A stretch of DNA of 64,000 nt from Candidatus Omnitrophota bacterium (GTDB lineage: Bacteria; Omnitrophota; Gorgyraeia; Zapsychrales; JANLHA01), in contig JAKLFA010000001.1 in the NCBI GenBank assembly GCA_022711395.1, forward strand, positions 515,277-579,276, read 5' to 3'. The notes beneath the pieces were generated by a model. The model was not told the origin of the DNA. It was given only the letters and a program-made list of their open reading frames with translations, and did no database searches. The position numbers were made by a program, and so were the translations under genes. Positions 31,282-43,090 of this stretch are shown here, piece after piece (positions within the stretch are counted from its first letter, which is position 1; every line of letters starts with the position of its first letter).

Positions 31282-33840
31282 ATGGCAAAACGGAAAATTT
31301 TTTTGTTGGATGCCCATGCCTTATGTTATCGGGCTTTTTACGCTGTCCGCGAGTTGACCGATAGTAAAGGACGGCCGACCAACGCTGTGTTTGGGTTCAC
31401 GAAGACGATCAAAAAAATGCTTCATGATTTTGAGCCGGAATATTTCGCGGTATGTTTTGATGTTTCAAAAAAGACTCACCGCAGCGAAAAATACGCTAAG
31501 TACAAGATCCAGCGCCCAAGCATGCCCGAGGCGCTGCGAAGCCAGATCCCGGTGATCCGAGATGTTGTGACGGCCTACAGGCTGCCGATCTTTGAAAAAG
31601 AAGGTTATGAAGCCGACGATGTCATTGCGACGCTTGCTAAAAAATTTGCCGGGCGCAATACAGACGTTGTTGTGATCAGCGATGATAAGGACCTGTTCCA
31701 GTTGGTCAGGCCGGGTATCTCGGTTTTTAGTCCTCGCCGTGAAATGATGATTGAGGAGGGGCAGGTCAGAGATATTTTGGGAGTGGCGGCTTCTCAGGTC
31801 TGTGATTTTATCGGGTTGGCAGGGGATAAATCGGATAATATTCCCGGGGTGGCCGGGGTCGGCGAGGTTTCGGCCAGAAAACTTTTGTCGCAATACGCAT
31901 CACTGGAAGAGATCTTGGCTCACGTGGATGATCTTGCGTCAGCAAGCCTTCGTAAGAAGCTGACGGAGCAAAAGGACGAGGCGCTTTTGAGCAAGGAACT
32001 GGCAGCATTATCAACCGATGTTCCGCTTGACGCGGATCTGGATGATTTGAAGTTCCTTGGCCCTGATGAGGAGCGGCTGTTCGCGCTTTTTCAGGATTTG
32101 GAGTTTAATCGGCTGGCAGCAGAGGTTTCCGTTAAGCCCAGTTCCGTTGAGTCCGGCAAAACGGCCTGTCTTCAGCATCAGGATCTGTTTAGTGTTTATT
32201 CGAAGGCGCGGCAAAAAAAAATATGCGCGGTCTCGTGGGGGTCGGAAGGGGATGGCGTCACCATTTGCCATGTGTGCGTTGATGATGTGATCGCGGCCCT
32301 GAGCGAGAGCCCGGCCGAGCGGCAACAGTTGGAGAGCCTTTTGCAGGACGAGGCGGTCGTTAAGGTCGTTTTTGATTTTAAAAAGCAACTGCGGGATGAG
32401 CATAGCCTGTTATGGCAAGCCCGGAATGTTTTTGATGTCATGATGGCGGGATATGTGATCGATCCGGTGAGGTCGATGAGCGGGTTAGGTTCTTTGACAT
32501 GGAATTATTGTAAACGGATGCTCTCCGAGGAGGCAACCCGGGATGATCAACTGAAGGCGGTTTTTGATCTTTACGGCCCGCTTGAAAGTGAATTGCGTAA
32601 GCTTGGCCTTGAGAAACTCTTTTTTGATCTAGAAATGCCGTTGTGTATCGTTCTTGCGCGAATGGAGCAGGAAGGTGTCAGGCTGGATGTGGATTTTTTG
32701 AACGGGTTGTCGGACGAATGCCAAAAAAAGATCACGGCCCTTGAAACGGAGCTTTACGCTTTGGCCGGAGGGCAATTCAATCTGAATTCGCCCAAGCAGC
32801 TGGGTCATGTTCTTTTTGAGGTTTTGAAACTTCCGGTGGTAAAGAAAACAAAGACCGGTTATTCGACCGATGAAGAAGTCTTGACCAGACTGGCATCGAA
32901 GCATCCGTTGCCGGATAAGATCTTGGAATACCGGCAGCTGGCAAAGTTGAAGTCGACCTATATTGACGCGTTGCCGCAGCTGGTGGGCGGAAGGACCGGC
33001 CGGCTACATGCGTGGTTCAATCAGACGGGGACGGAAACGGGGCGATTGAGTTCCAGCAACCCGAATTTGCAGAACATCCCGGTGCGCACAGAATTGGGAC
33101 GGCAGGTCCGTAAGGCGTTCGTTCCGTTGCAAAAGGGCCATCTGATCCTGTCGGCGGATTATTCGCAGATCGAGCTGCGTATTCTGGCCCATCTTTCCGA
33201 GGACGAGAATCTGCGGCAGGCATTTATGGATGATGAGGATATTCATGCGTATACCGCTGGTTTGATGTTCGATGTTGGTGTGAACGATGTGTCGCGGGAG
33301 ATGCGCACGGCTGCCAAGCGCGTAAATTTCGGCATTATTTACGGGATCAGCGCGTTTGGTCTGGCGAAGGATTTGGGTGTTTCGCAGGCACAGGCCCAGG
33401 ATTTTATTGACCGCTATTTTTTGCGTTACCCGAACGTTAAAACATTTATGGACCGCGCCATTGAATCCTGTGAGAAGCTCGGATATGCGGAAACGCTGTT
33501 AAAGCGCCGTCGGATGATCCCTGAGATCCATAATCAGAACATCGCGGTCAGGCAGTTCGCGCAACGGCAGGCGATCAATACGCCGGTCCAAGGCTCAGCG
33601 GCGGATCTAATGAAGATCGCGATGATCCGCATCGATGAGGGCCTCCGATGCCAGGGGTTTTCATCAAAAATGCTGATCACGGTGCACGACGAATTGGTCT
33701 TTGACATGGTCCCTGATGAGGAAAAGGATCTGGTCATCCTGGTTCGTAACGAAATGGAACAGGCGTTAGAATTGAGCGTCCCGATCAAGGTTTCGGTGCG
33801 TAAAGGAAATAATTGGCTTGATCTAGAGGATATGGAATGA
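31282..33840 (+). CDS. polA: DNA polymerase I (5'-3' exonuclease plus polymerase; 3'-5' exonuclease domain apparently degenerate)
   Basis: FEN-like N-terminus (LLDAHALCYRAFYA, GIGEKTA-like GVGEVSARKLL). Polymerase motifs A (LSADYSQIELR), B (RRxAKxxNFGIIYG) and C (VHDEL). The Exo I DxE motif is missing in the central domain. Confidence 0.95.
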   Translation: MAKRKIFLLDAHALCYRAFYAVRELTDSKGRPTNAVFGFTKTIKKMLHDFEPEYFAVCFDVSKKTHRSEKYAKYKIQRPSMPEALRSQIPVIRDVVTAYRLPIFEKEGYEADDVIATLAKKFAGRNTDVVVISDDKDLFQLVRPGISVFSPRREMMIEEGQVRDILGVAASQVCDFIGLAGDKSDNIPGVAGVGEVSARKLLSQYASLEEILAHVDDLASASLRKKLTEQKDEALLSKELAALSTDVPLDADLDDLKFLGPDEERLFALFQDLEFNRLAAEVSVKPSSVESGKTACLQHQDLFSVYSKARQKKICAVSWGSEGDGVTICHVCVDDVIAALSESPAERQQLESLLQDEAVVKVVFDFKKQLRDEHSLLWQARNVFDVMMAGYVIDPVRSMSGLGSLTWNYCKRMLSEEATRDDQLKAVFDLYGPLESELRKLGLEKLFFDLEMPLCIVLARMEQEGVRLDVDFLNGLSDECQKKITALETELYALAGGQFNLNSPKQLGHVLFEVLKLPVVKKTKTGYSTDEEVLTRLASKHPLPDKILEYRQLAKLKSTYIDALPQLVGGRTGRLHAWFNQTGTETGRLSSSNPNLQNIPVRTELGRQVRKAFVPLQKGHLILSADYSQIELRILAHLSEDENLRQAFMDDEDIHAYTAGLMFDVGVNDVSREMRTAAKRVNFGIIYGISAFGLAKDLGVSQAQAQDFIDRYFLRYPNVKTFMDRAIESCEKLGYAETLLKRRRMIPEIHNQNIAVRQFAQRQAINTPVQGSAADLMKIAMIRIDEGLRCQGFSSKMLITVHDELVFDMVPDEEKDLVILVRNEMEQALELSVPIKVSVRKGNNWLDLEDME

Positions 33841-35243
33841 GCGTTGTGTTTTGTTCATCAGAGGTTTTGCCGTTCGCCAAGACCGGTGGGCTGGCTGATG
33901 TGTGCAGCGCGTTGCCGTTGGCATTGGCCAAGGCCGGTGAAAAGGTGAAGATCGTGTTGCCGCTTTACCGGTGCGTGCGTCAGAACGGGCTTCTTTTGGA
34001 AAGCGCGGATGCAGGATTCTATCGGACTCGTCTTAAAGATAAGGTCGATGTTTATTTTGTCGAGCATGACGCATATTTTGACCGGCCGGGGTTTTATGGA
34101 GACGGTCATGGGGATTATCCGGACAATCTCAAACGGTTCGTTTTTTTTAACAGACAGGTCTTTAAGCTTTTAAAATTGTTAGGCGAGCCCATTGAGGTGA
34201 TCCATTGTCACGATTGGCAGACCGGAGCGATCCCGCTTTTGTTGAAATTTGAATACGCCAGGGACAGGTTCTTTGAGAGGACCAAAAGTGTGTTCACGAT
34301 CCACAATTTAGCCTATCAAGGGCTTTTTCCAAAGGAGATGTTCGGCGAGCTGGAATTGGGCCAGGATGCGATGAACGACGGAGGGCTGTACTTTTACGGA
34401 AAAATGAGCCTGCTTAGGAGCGGGATCGTCTGCAGCGACCTGGTCACAACGGTGAGCCCACAATATGCCCGTGAGATCCGCACGAAAGAATTGGGTTGCG
34501 GCATGGATGATGTCCTGAGCATGCGGGGAAAAGGTTTTTTGGGGATCTTAAACGGCATCGATTACTCGCTTTGGGACCCCGAGCATGACACGCAGATCGA
34601 ACAGCGTTATTCGTTCCAGAACTTGAAATTAAAGGCCAAAAATAAAGAAGCTCTGCAGAATGAGAGCGGCCTGGCAAACGACCGGGCATTGCCGCTTTTT
34701 GGATTTGTGGGAAGGCTGTCACACCAGAAAGGGATCGACCTGTTAAAGTCGGCGGGAGATGCGTTGTGTTCTCGGGACATGCAAATGGTTTTTTTGGGGG
34801 TTGGGGACGAGGGGTCTGAATCGGCGATACGCGGATTGGTTTCGCGTTATCCCGACAAGGTCGCCGCGTATTTTAAATTTGATGAAGGGCTCGCCCACCG
34901 GATTTTTGCGGCGAGTGATTACTTTTTGATGCCGTCTGTTTTTGAGCCGTGCGGATTAACACAGCTTATCGCATTGCGCTATGGCACGCTGCCGGTTGTC
35001 TCCGCGGTCGGAGGGCTGGTCGACACGGTGCGGGACATTTCGCGGGATAGTGGCACGGGGATCGTTTTTCGGAACTATGACCAACAGGGGTTTTTGAACG
35101 CCGTCGACCGTGCCATTGTGTTGTATCACCGTCCCAAGGAATTGGGGGAAGTTCAAAAACGGGGAATGGAAAGCCATTTTTCGTGGGATGAATCCGCCGC
35201 GCTTTATAGGCGGGCGTATGATTCATTGAGGAAGAATTCATGA
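33837..35243 (+). CDS. glgA: Glycogen synthase (ADP-glucose type) GlgA
   Basis: N-terminal SSEVLPFAKTGGLADV signature, GT-B fold. ATGA overlap with polA. Confidence 0.9.
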   Translation: MSVVFCSSEVLPFAKTGGLADVCSALPLALAKAGEKVKIVLPLYRCVRQNGLLLESADAGFYRTRLKDKVDVYFVEHDAYFDRPGFYGDGHGDYPDNLKRFVFFNRQVFKLLKLLGEPIEVIHCHDWQTGAIPLLLKFEYARDRFFERTKSVFTIHNLAYQGLFPKEMFGELELGQDAMNDGGLYFYGKMSLLRSGIVCSDLVTTVSPQYAREIRTKELGCGMDDVLSMRGKGFLGILNGIDYSLWDPEHDTQIEQRYSFQNLKLKAKNKEALQNESGLANDRALPLFGFVGRLSHQKGIDLLKSAGDALCSRDMQMVFLGVGDEGSESAIRGLVSRYPDKVAAYFKFDEGLAHRIFAASDYFLMPSVFEPCGLTQLIALRYGTLPVVSAVGGLVDTVRDISRDSGTGIVFRNYDQQGFLNAVDRAIVLYHRPKELGEVQKRGMESHFSWDESAALYRRAYDSLRKNS

Positions 35244-35839
35244 CCGTAATCGCTGTCACCGGAAATCTGGGGTCCGGAAAGACCACCGTCGCCCGCATGT
35301 TCACGGACTTGGGCGCGGTCCTGATCGAGGCTGATGCGATCGTTCATCAGCTGCTGGAGAAACATGGCGGGTGCCGTAGAAAGATCAAGTCCCTTTTTGG
35401 CGGTGAGATGTTCGAGCATGGGCGTATCCAAACAAAGAGGCTTGCGGAAATGGTGTTTGACGATGAGCGGGCGTTGAAGGCCCTTGAAGGGATCATCCAT
35501 CCGCTGGTTGAAAAGGAGATCAAGGCGCAGCTTCGTCGAATTCGTCAAAGAAAGTGCAGGCGGCCGGTTGTTCTGGAGATTCCATTGTTGTTTGAGGCGA
35601 AGATGGAAAAATTAGCGGACGCGGTAGTGGTGGTGCGTTCAAGCCGCAAACTTCAGATCGAACGCGTCCTGCGTAAAAAGCAAATGACATCCCGTCAGGC
35701 GATGGCCCGGCTTAGACGGCAGATGCCGCAGGCAGAGAAGATCAAAAGGGCAGATTTTATTATTGATAACCGGTCATCCAAGGGGACGACCAGAGCGCAA
35801 GTGCGCCGGATTTTCAGCGCGCTTGTTCATCATACATAG
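35240..35839 (+). CDS. coaE: Dephospho-CoA kinase CoaE
   Basis: [15 protein letters not shown]-loop, about 199 aa. ATGA overlap with glgA. Confidence 0.9.
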   Translation: MTVIAVTGNLGSGKTTVARMFTDLGAVLIEADAIVHQLLEKHGGCRRKIKSLFGGEMFEHGRIQTKRLAEMVFDDERALKALEGIIHPLVEKEIKAQLRRIRQRKCRRPVVLEIPLLFEAKMEKLADAVVVVRSSRKLQIERVLRKKQMTSRQAMARLRRQMPQAEKIKRADFIIDNRSSKGTTRAQVRRIFSALVHHT

Positions 35840-35858
35840 GGATTATAAAGGAATTCGT

Positions 35859-37238
35859 ATGCCAAAAATTTCATCAGAATCAACAAATCAGAAAGTCAAA
35901 GAAGGAGATCCTACCATGGAAAAAACGGCGACCAAAAATGGAGCCAAAAACTCTGACCGCAACGGCAGCAAAACAGTCCAATCAGATCAGGTCAATATCA
36001 GTCAGCTCAAGGATATGAAGGTGTCCGAGCTGACAAAAATGGCCCGTGATATGAACATTGAAGGTTTAAGCGGCAGCAAGAAACAGGACCTGATCTTCAA
36101 GATCCTGCAAAAGCGGGCCGAAGTCGATGGGATGATGTTCGGGGAAGGGGTCTTAGAGATCCTGCCGGAAGGGTTTGGATTTTTAAGGAGTTCGAACTAT
36201 AATTATCTGCCCTGCCCGGATGATATTTATATATCACCGTCCCAGATCCGCAGGTTCGATCTTAAGACAGGGGACATTGTTGGCGGTCATATTCGTCCTC
36301 CCAAGGAAGGGGAAAAATATTTCGCCCTTTTGAAAGTGGAGGCAGTCAATTATGAGGATCCGGAAAAGGCGAAGGATAAGATCTTTTTTGACAATCTGAC
36401 GCCGCTTTATCCGAACCAGCGTTTAAAGCTTGAGACGGATTCCAAGGAAATATCCACGAGGGTGGTCGATCTTCTGACCCCCATTGGAAAAGGGCAGCGC
36501 GCCTTGATCGTGGCGCCTCCTTATAGCGGGAAGACCGTTTTGATGCAAAAGATCGCCAACGCGATCGTGACCAATACTCCGGACGTCGTGCTCATGGTGC
36601 TTTTGATCGATGAGCGCCCGGAAGAGGTCACGGATATGCAGCGGAGCGTGAAGGGCGAGGTCATTGCCTCCACGTTTGACGAGCCGGCTGACCGCCACGT
36701 GCAGATCGCTGAGATCGTTCTTGAGAAAGCGAAGCGCCTGGTCGAGCATAAACGCGATGTCGTCATCCTTTTGGACAGCATCACGCGTTTGGCCCGCGCT
36801 TATAACACAGTTGTTCCGCACAGCGGCAAGATCCTGTCCGGCGGTGTGGACTCCAACGCATTGCATAAGCCGAAGCGTTTCTTCGGGGCGGCGCGTTCGA
36901 TCGAAGAGGGAGGAAGCCTCACGATCATTGCCACGTCCCTGATCGATACGGGAAGCAGGATGGACGAGGTTATTTTTGAAGAGTTTAAGGGAACTGGCAA
37001 CATGGAGTTGCAGCTGGACCGCAATCTGTTTCAGCGCCGTATTTATCCGGCGATCGATATTAAGCGTTCCAACACGCGCCATGAAGAGCTGCTGATCCCT
37101 GAGGACCAGCTTCAGCGCATTTGGTTAATGCGTAAGGCGATCAGTGATTTAAATTCAGCTGAGGCCATGCAGCTTTTGATCGAAAAGATCTCAAAGTACA
37201 AATCAAATCAAGAATTTTTGGATAATATGAACAAATAA
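35859..37238 (+). CDS. rho: Transcription termination factor Rho (with an N-terminal extension of about 60 aa)
   Basis: N-terminal helix bundle and CSD-like OB (FGFLR), Walker A/B ([17 protein letters not shown]), Q- and R-loops. ATG 35859 after AAGGA. The ORF-track start 35763 overlaps coaE. Confidence 0.95.
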   Translation: MPKISSESTNQKVKEGDPTMEKTATKNGAKNSDRNGSKTVQSDQVNISQLKDMKVSELTKMARDMNIEGLSGSKKQDLIFKILQKRAEVDGMMFGEGVLEILPEGFGFLRSSNYNYLPCPDDIYISPSQIRRFDLKTGDIVGGHIRPPKEGEKYFALLKVEAVNYEDPEKAKDKIFFDNLTPLYPNQRLKLETDSKEISTRVVDLLTPIGKGQRALIVAPPYSGKTVLMQKIANAIVTNTPDVVLMVLLIDERPEEVTDMQRSVKGEVIASTFDEPADRHVQIAEIVLEKAKRLVEHKRDVVILLDSITRLARAYNTVVPHSGKILSGGVDSNALHKPKRFFGAARSIEEGGSLTIIATSLIDTGSRMDEVIFEEFKGTGNMELQLDRNLFQRRIYPAIDIKRSNTRHEELLIPEDQLQRIWLMRKAISDLNSAEAMQLLIEKISKYKSNQEFLDNMNK

Positions 37239-37262
37239 GTTAAATCGGTTAAGGAGGAAGAC

Positions 37263-37460
37263 ATGAAAAAGGACATTCATCCAGAGTACAGCGAAGCCAT
37301 GATCACCTGTGCTTGCGGGCAGGTCATTTATACGCGCTCGACGAAAAAGAGCATCCGTGTTGATATCTGCTCCAACTGCCATCCGTTCTTTACGGGTGAC
37401 AAGAAGTTCGTCGATTCTGCAGGACGGATCGAGAAGTTCAAACAGCGTTATAAAAAGTAA
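37263..37460 (+). CDS. rpmE: 50S ribosomal protein L31 (Zn-ribbon form)
   Basis: MKKDIHPEY...CxCG...[10 protein letters not shown], 65 aa. Confidence 0.95.
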   Translation: MKKDIHPEYSEAMITCACGQVIYTRSTKKSIRVDICSNCHPFFTGDKKFVDSAGRIEKFKQRYKK

Positions 37461-37484
37461 TTCTCAGCAGAAGAGCGTGTGCAT

Positions 37485-38576
37485 ATGCCCTCGGACAAGT
37501 TCAACCGCGCCTTGGAAAAATTGGCGCACATGGAAAATCGTTACCGTGAACTCGAGCATCTTTTGGTCGATCCTGATGTCATAACGGATCAGACGCGTTA
37601 TCAGAAGCTTACCAAGGAATTTTCGGATCTGATGGCTCCCGTGGAGACTTTTCGCAAGTTTTCCGAGCATGCGAGGCAGATCGTGGAGCTGAAGGAGTTG
37701 ATCGCTTTAGGGGCGGATGACGATTTTTCCGAACTTGCCAAAAGCGAGCTTGATGACCTGACGGCAAGCCAGCAGGGCCTGGAGCCGCGTCTGATCGATC
37801 TTGCCTTCCCTAAAGCTGAGGAGAAGAACAAGAATCTGATCATCGAGATCCGGGCGGGCACGGGCGGGCAGGAGGCCAGCCTTTTTGCCGCGGACCTGTT
37901 CCGGATGTACAGCAAATATGCCGAGCAAAAAGGGTGGCGGGTCGAGGTGATGAGTTCCCATGAGTCGGATACCGGGGGATTCAAAGAGATCATTTTCAGC
38001 GTTTCGGGGCCTGGGGCTTCCAAGTTTCTGAAGTGGGAAAGCGGCGCCCATCGTGTCCAGCGGGTTCCGGTCACGGAGGCGCAAGGCAGGATCCACACGT
38101 CAGCCGCCACGGTGGCCGTGCTCTACGAACCCGAGGAGGTCGATATTCAGATCGACCCCAGAGACCTTAAGATCGATGTGTTCCGTTCATCCGGTCCCGG
38201 TGGGCAGAGCGTCAACACCACCGATTCCGCGATCCGGATCACGCATCTTCCGACAGGGATCGTCGTGACCTGCCAGGACGAGCGCTCTCAATTGAAGAAC
38301 AAGAACAAGGCCATGCGTGTTCTTCGGGCCAGGTTGCAGGAGAAGAAAGAACAGGAGAACTTGGACCGTGAGTCAAAGGACCGCAAGGCGAAGATCGGCA
38401 GCGGTGACCGCAGTGAAAAGATCCGCACCTATAATTATCCGGAACACAGGGTAACGGACCACCGGATCGGCCTGACCGTTTACAAATTGCCGGCGGTGAT
38501 GGACGGGGACCTGGATGACATCACCCAGGCCCTTCTTCAGGCTGAAGAGGACATTCTGATCGATGAACGAGACTGA
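37485..38576 (+). CDS. prfA: Peptide chain release factor 1
   Basis: GGQ motif ([14 protein letters not shown]) and a PVT tripeptide region, about 363 aa. Confidence 0.95.
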   Translation: MPSDKFNRALEKLAHMENRYRELEHLLVDPDVITDQTRYQKLTKEFSDLMAPVETFRKFSEHARQIVELKELIALGADDDFSELAKSELDDLTASQQGLEPRLIDLAFPKAEEKNKNLIIEIRAGTGGQEASLFAADLFRMYSKYAEQKGWRVEVMSSHESDTGGFKEIIFSVSGPGASKFLKWESGAHRVQRVPVTEAQGRIHTSAATVAVLYEPEEVDIQIDPRDLKIDVFRSSGPGGQSVNTTDSAIRITHLPTGIVVTCQDERSQLKNKNKAMRVLRARLQEKKEQENLDRESKDRKAKIGSGDRSEKIRTYNYPEHRVTDHRIGLTVYKLPAVMDGDLDDITQALLQAEEDILIDERD

Positions 38577-39363
38577 GCAAATCCTTACGCATGTGCTTGG
38601 ATGCCGCCGGGTCGACCTTTACACGGAGCGGAAGGCCCTGACATCCCAGCAAAAAGAGCGGGTCGATCGGATCACCTCGTATCTGAAGAGGGGGATGCCG
38701 TTGCAATACGCGCTCGGCGAGGTCGATTTTTGCGGGTTGACGTTGAATATTGACAGCCGTGCACTTATTCCTCGTCCGGAAACTGAGCTTTTAGTGGAAG
38801 AGGCCATGCATATTTTGTTCTCGATCTCCTCTTCAGGACAGACTGTCCTGGACTTGGGCACCGGTTCGGGCAATATCGCGATCAGTTTGGCGAAATTCTT
38901 TTCGCGTTGCAGGATCATAGCGGTCGATGCTTCAGAGAATGCGTTGTCGTTGGCGCGTGAGAACGCCAGGTTTCACGCTGTGACCGAGCAGATCGAATTT
39001 GTTCATGCGGACATGGCACGATGGCTGAAAACATTGCCTGATAAGACCTGTTCCATGATCATCTCCAATCCGCCTTATATTCCTTCCGGGCAGTTGGCGG
39101 CTTTACCCGCGGATGTCCAGCAGGAGCCGGGGATGGCGTTAGATGGCGGGCAGGACGGGCTGGATTTTTATCGTGCTATCATTGCGCAAGCTGGCCGGGT
39201 GCTCACTTTTCAAGGGCATCTTTTGTTTGAATTTTGGGACGGCCAGGATGCGGCGATTGAGGCCATGCTGCGGAATGACCGCAACCATACATGGAACGTG
39301 CGCTTTTTGAAAGATTTTTCTTGTGTCAATCGGGTTCTGGCCGCACAATTACAGACGAGTTAA
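38563..39363 (+). CDS. prmC: Release factor glutamine N5-methyltransferase PrmC
   Basis: SAM-binding LDLGTGSG and the catalytic NPPY motif (IISNPPYIP). Overlaps the prfA end. Confidence 0.85.
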   Translation: MNETEQILTHVLGCRRVDLYTERKALTSQQKERVDRITSYLKRGMPLQYALGEVDFCGLTLNIDSRALIPRPETELLVEEAMHILFSISSSGQTVLDLGTGSGNIAISLAKFFSRCRIIAVDASENALSLARENARFHAVTEQIEFVHADMARWLKTLPDKTCSMIISNPPYIPSGQLAALPADVQQEPGMALDGGQDGLDFYRAIIAQAGRVLTFQGHLLFEFWDGQDAAIEAMLRNDRNHTWNVRFLKDFSCVNRVLAAQLQTS

Positions 39364-39393
39364 GAACCTAAACGGGATGGGGGGAATGGGTGT

Positions 39394-40656
39394 ATGGAAA
39401 AGATTGTGATCGAGGGAAAAAGGCCTTTAAGCGGGGAAGTCAAGATCAGCGGATCCAAGAATTCGGCGCTTCCGATCATGGCCGCGACCCTCTTGACGGA
39501 TGGGCCCTGTGTCCTGGAAAATGTGCCGCGTTTGCGGGACACGTTGACGATGGCGAAGATCCTGAAGTCCCTGGGTAAAGCAGTCGACTTCTCCGGTAAC
39601 ACGTTAAAGATTTCATCCAAGAATGGATTAAACCCAGTCGCGGATTATGATCTGGTCTCGACCATGCGAGGCTCGTTCTGTGTTTTGGGCCCGCTCTTGG
39701 CCAAACTGGGCCATGCCAAAGTCTCTCTTCCCGGCGGTTGCGTCATAGGCGTGCGTCCGGTCGATCTGCATCTTAAGGGGCTGCGGGCTTTGGGTGCGAA
39801 GATCGAGATCGAGGGCGGTTATATTGTGACCCATACCAAGGGCCTGAAGGGCGCGCAGATCTATCTCGGCGGTGTTTTTGGGTCATCGGTCCTTGCGACG
39901 GACAACATCATGATGGCGGCTGTGCTGGCCAAGGGTGAGACGATCATTGAATCGGCCGCTTGTGAACCGGAGGTGGAGGACCTTGGGAATTTTCTGAACA
40001 GTATGGGGGCCAAGATCACAGGACATGGAACGCCCAAGATCACCATCAAGGGAGTGAAAGAGCTTCATGGCGCAAATTATTCGATCACGTCGGACCGAAT
40101 CGAAGCCGCGACGTTCGTGCTTTTAGCGGCTGCCACAAAAAGTCCGATCACGGTAACCAATGCCAATTATTCTCAACTGCTGGTTTTGGTCGATAAGCTT
40201 GAAGAGTATGGCGCCAAGATCCGTGTTAAGGACGGGGCGATCGACATTAAAACTCCGCGTAAAGGAAAGCCGGTGAGCGTGACGACCTATCCTTATCCTG
40301 GATTTCCAACGGATATCCAGGCTCAGTTCATGGCGCTCATGGCCTTAACGCCGGGTGTGAGCGTGATCACAGATAAGGTCTTTCCGGACCGCTATATGCA
40401 CATTCCCGAGCTCAACCGCATGGGGGCCAATATCCGTCGTGAAGGCAATAACGCGATCGTGGAGGGGACCCCGCGACTTTTCGGGGCGCCGGTGATGGCC
40501 TCTGATCTGAGGGCATCAGCCGCTTTGGTGATCGCCGGTTTGGCGGCGGAGGGCGTGACCGAGATCCATCGGGCCTATCATATTGACCGTGGCTACGAGA
40601 ACCTTGATCAGAAGCTGATCGCACTGGGAGCCAAGATCAGGCGGGAAAACGAGTGA
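39394..40656 (+). CDS. murA: UDP-N-acetylglucosamine 1-carboxyvinyltransferase MurA
   Basis: N-terminal [17 protein letters not shown] signature and the catalytic Cys region ([15 protein letters not shown]). Confidence 0.95.
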   Translation: MEKIVIEGKRPLSGEVKISGSKNSALPIMAATLLTDGPCVLENVPRLRDTLTMAKILKSLGKAVDFSGNTLKISSKNGLNPVADYDLVSTMRGSFCVLGPLLAKLGHAKVSLPGGCVIGVRPVDLHLKGLRALGAKIEIEGGYIVTHTKGLKGAQIYLGGVFGSSVLATDNIMMAAVLAKGETIIESAACEPEVEDLGNFLNSMGAKITGHGTPKITIKGVKELHGANYSITSDRIEAATFVLLAAATKSPITVTNANYSQLLVLVDKLEEYGAKIRVKDGAIDIKTPRKGKPVSVTTYPYPGFPTDIQAQFMALMALTPGVSVITDKVFPDRYMHIPELNRMGANIRREGNNAIVEGTPRLFGAPVMASDLRASAALVIAGLAAEGVTEIHRAYHIDRGYENLDQKLIALGAKIRRENE

Positions 40657-40666
40657 GGACCTTACG

Positions 40667-41239
40667 ATGATCCTGATGATCGATAACTATGATTCGTTTA
40701 CGTATAATCTTGTGCAGTATTTTGGTGAACTCAAGGCCCGGGTGGAGGTCTATCGGAATGACGAGATCTCCATCGAAGAGATCCGGCAGAGAAAGCCTGA
40801 GCGGATTGTTATTTCTCCGGGGCCCAGCTCTCCGGTGAATGCCGGGATTTCCGTGGAAGTCGTCCGTCAGTTCGCAGGTCTTGTCCCCGTCCTGGGGGTG
40901 TGTCTTGGACATCAGGCGATCGGGCATGCGTTCGGCGGGCGTATCATTAACGCGCGCCGCTTGATGCACGGAAAGACTTCGTTGATCAAACACACCGGGG
41001 TTGACCTTTTCAGGGGGCTGAAAAATCCTTTTGAGGCCACGCGTTATCATTCGTTGGTGATCGAAAAAGAGACATGCCCTGAATGCCTTGAGGTCATTGC
41101 CTGGAGTGATGATGAGGACGCTGAGATCATGGGCGTCCGTCACCGCAGTTTACCGGTCTGGGGCGTGCAATTCCATCCCGAATCCATTCTTACCATTGAC
41201 GGTAAGCGTTTGCTTGAAAACTTTTTGGCATTAAAATAA
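40667..41239 (+). CDS. trpG: Anthranilate synthase component II / class-I glutamine amidotransferase (TrpG or PabA)
   Basis: [14 protein letters not shown], the catalytic Cys in GVCLGHQ, and an HPES triad. Heads the trpDCF run. Confidence 0.85.
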   Translation: MILMIDNYDSFTYNLVQYFGELKARVEVYRNDEISIEEIRQRKPERIVISPGPSSPVNAGISVEVVRQFAGLVPVLGVCLGHQAIGHAFGGRIINARRLMHGKTSLIKHTGVDLFRGLKNPFEATRYHSLVIEKETCPECLEVIAWSDDEDAEIMGVRHRSLPVWGVQFHPESILTIDGKRLLENFLALK

Positions 41240-42261
41240 TGATATCTGAACAGATCGCACAACTCAAACGCGGCATAGACCTGAACGAAAAACAGATGCA
41301 GGCCGTGATGGAGCAGATCATGTCCGGGCAGGCCGCCATGGAGGAGATGATCGAATTTCTTGTTCTGCTGCAGGAAAAGGGCCCGACGGTCGATGAGATC
41401 CGCAGCGCCGCCCGTGTGATGAAGAGGTTCTGCGTTCCGGTCGAATCGAACGCTGATGCGGTCTTTGATCTTGTTGGGACCGGCGGCGATCATAAAAACA
41501 CGTTCAATATTTCGACGATATCAGCGCTCGTAATCGCTTCTGCCGGGGTTGTTGTCGCCAAGCACGGCAACCGTTCCGCATCCAGCCGCTGCGGGACAGC
41601 GGATGTCCTGGAGGCTTTGGGGGTGAAGCTGTCGTTGTCGCCAGAGGCCCTGAGCGTATGCCTTGAACGTGTGGGGTTCGCTTTTCTGTTCGCGCGGGAT
41701 CTTCATCCGGCCATGAAACATGTGGCCGCGGCACGGAAGGCGATCGGAAAACCGACGATCTTTAATATTTTGGGTCCCCTGACCAATCCTGCTTCCCCGA
41801 CCCATCAGTTGCTCGGAGTTTATGAGCGCCGCTGGGTGGAGCCGTTCATTCATATTTTAAAAGATTTCGGCCTTAAGCGGGCAGTGGTCGTCCACGGGGA
41901 TGACGGCATGGATGAAGTGACCACCACCACCACGACCCAGGTCGCTGAATGGGACGGCCAGGAGGTCAGGACTTACACGATCAACCCCATGGATTATGGG
42001 ATTGAACTGTCGGGTCTCCAAGACCTGATGGGAGGAGATCTTCATGAGAATGCCGCGATCGCGAAAGATATTTTAAATGGGGCGCCGGGGCCGAAGAGGG
42101 ACGCGGTCCTGCTCAATGCTGCCGTTGGGTTCTATACAGCCCAAAAAGTCGACACGATCGCTGACGGCATCGAATTGGCGGCGGCACAGCTTGATTCAGG
42201 GGCCGCCCGCAAGAAATTGGACGAAGTGGTCCGCTTTACAAATACAGGCGAGAGGGCATAA
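41239..42261 (+). CDS. trpD: Anthranilate phosphoribosyltransferase TrpD
   Basis: GTGGD...NISTISALVIASAG...KHGNRS signature. Start overlaps the trpG stop. Confidence 0.9.
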   Translation: MISEQIAQLKRGIDLNEKQMQAVMEQIMSGQAAMEEMIEFLVLLQEKGPTVDEIRSAARVMKRFCVPVESNADAVFDLVGTGGDHKNTFNISTISALVIASAGVVVAKHGNRSASSRCGTADVLEALGVKLSLSPEALSVCLERVGFAFLFARDLHPAMKHVAAARKAIGKPTIFNILGPLTNPASPTHQLLGVYERRWVEPFIHILKDFGLKRAVVVHGDDGMDEVTTTTTTQVAEWDGQEVRTYTINPMDYGIELSGLQDLMGGDLHENAAIAKDILNGAPGPKRDAVLLNAAVGFYTAQKVDTIADGIELAAAQLDSGAARKKLDEVVRFTNTGERA

Positions 42262-42262
42262 C

Positions 42263-43069
42263 GTGAGCGGTATGAGTCCTCAGGATTATTTGGACAAAAT
42301 TTTGGGATCTAAAAGAAAGAAGATCGCTCAGCGAAAGGTCTTCCTTGAAAATATCAAGCGGAACGTTGAGTCGAGCCGGTTGACGCGATACAGTCTTTTT
42401 AAGGAAAAAATATGTTTTCCGGGGAGGGTCGCGCTGATCGCGGAGATCAAGAAAGCGTCCCCTTCCAAGGGATTGTTGTGCGAGGATTTTGGAGTGTCGC
42501 ATCTGGCCCGCGTCTACAAGGAGGCGGGGGCTTCCGCGCTTTCGGTTCTGACCGAGGAGAGTTTTTTTCTTGGTCGTCCGGATTATGTCCGTTTGGCTGC
42601 GGAATTGGAATTGCCGGTTTTAGCCAAAGATTTTTTTATTGATGAACTGCAGATCTATGAAGCGTTCAGTTTTAATGCCAGTGCGATTCTTTTGATCCTG
42701 GCCATCTTGGATGATGAACAGGCCAGGCGTTTTCAGGATGTTGCGCAGCGTCTGGATATGGATTGTCTGGTCGAGGTCCATACGCAGGAGGAATTGGACA
42801 GGGCCGTAAGGCTCAATGCTGATATGATCGGTGTCAACAACCGTGACCTGGCGACCTTCGAAGTGGATCTGACTACTGGTGAGCGGCTTCTACGGCAGAT
42901 TCCTGACGGAACGGTAAGGGTCATTGAAAGCGGCTTGAAGACGCATGAGGATATCCTCCGTTTTAAAACGTTGGGAGTGAATGCGGCCTTGATCGGTGAA
43001 ACATTTTTAAAGGCGGCAGATGTCCCAGCTAAAATGCGGGAGGTTATGGCTGAGGAGCTGCTCTTTTAA
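42263..43069 (+). CDS. trpC: Indole-3-glycerol phosphate synthase TrpC
   Basis: IAEIKKASPSKG and the TIM-barrel IGPS motifs. GTG 42263 lies 5 nt after GAGAGGG; ATG 42272 is an in-frame alternative. The ORF-track start 42077 is an in-frame upstream extension overlapping the trpD C-terminus and is rejected. Confidence 0.85.
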   Translation: MSGMSPQDYLDKILGSKRKKIAQRKVFLENIKRNVESSRLTRYSLFKEKICFPGRVALIAEIKKASPSKGLLCEDFGVSHLARVYKEAGASALSVLTEESFFLGRPDYVRLAAELELPVLAKDFFIDELQIYEAFSFNASAILLILAILDDEQARRFQDVAQRLDMDCLVEVHTQEELDRAVRLNADMIGVNNRDLATFEVDLTTGERLLRQIPDGTVRVIESGLKTHEDILRFKTLGVNAALIGETFLKAADVPAKMREVMAEELLF

Positions 43070-43090
43070 TGGGAAACGCAAGGATCTTTT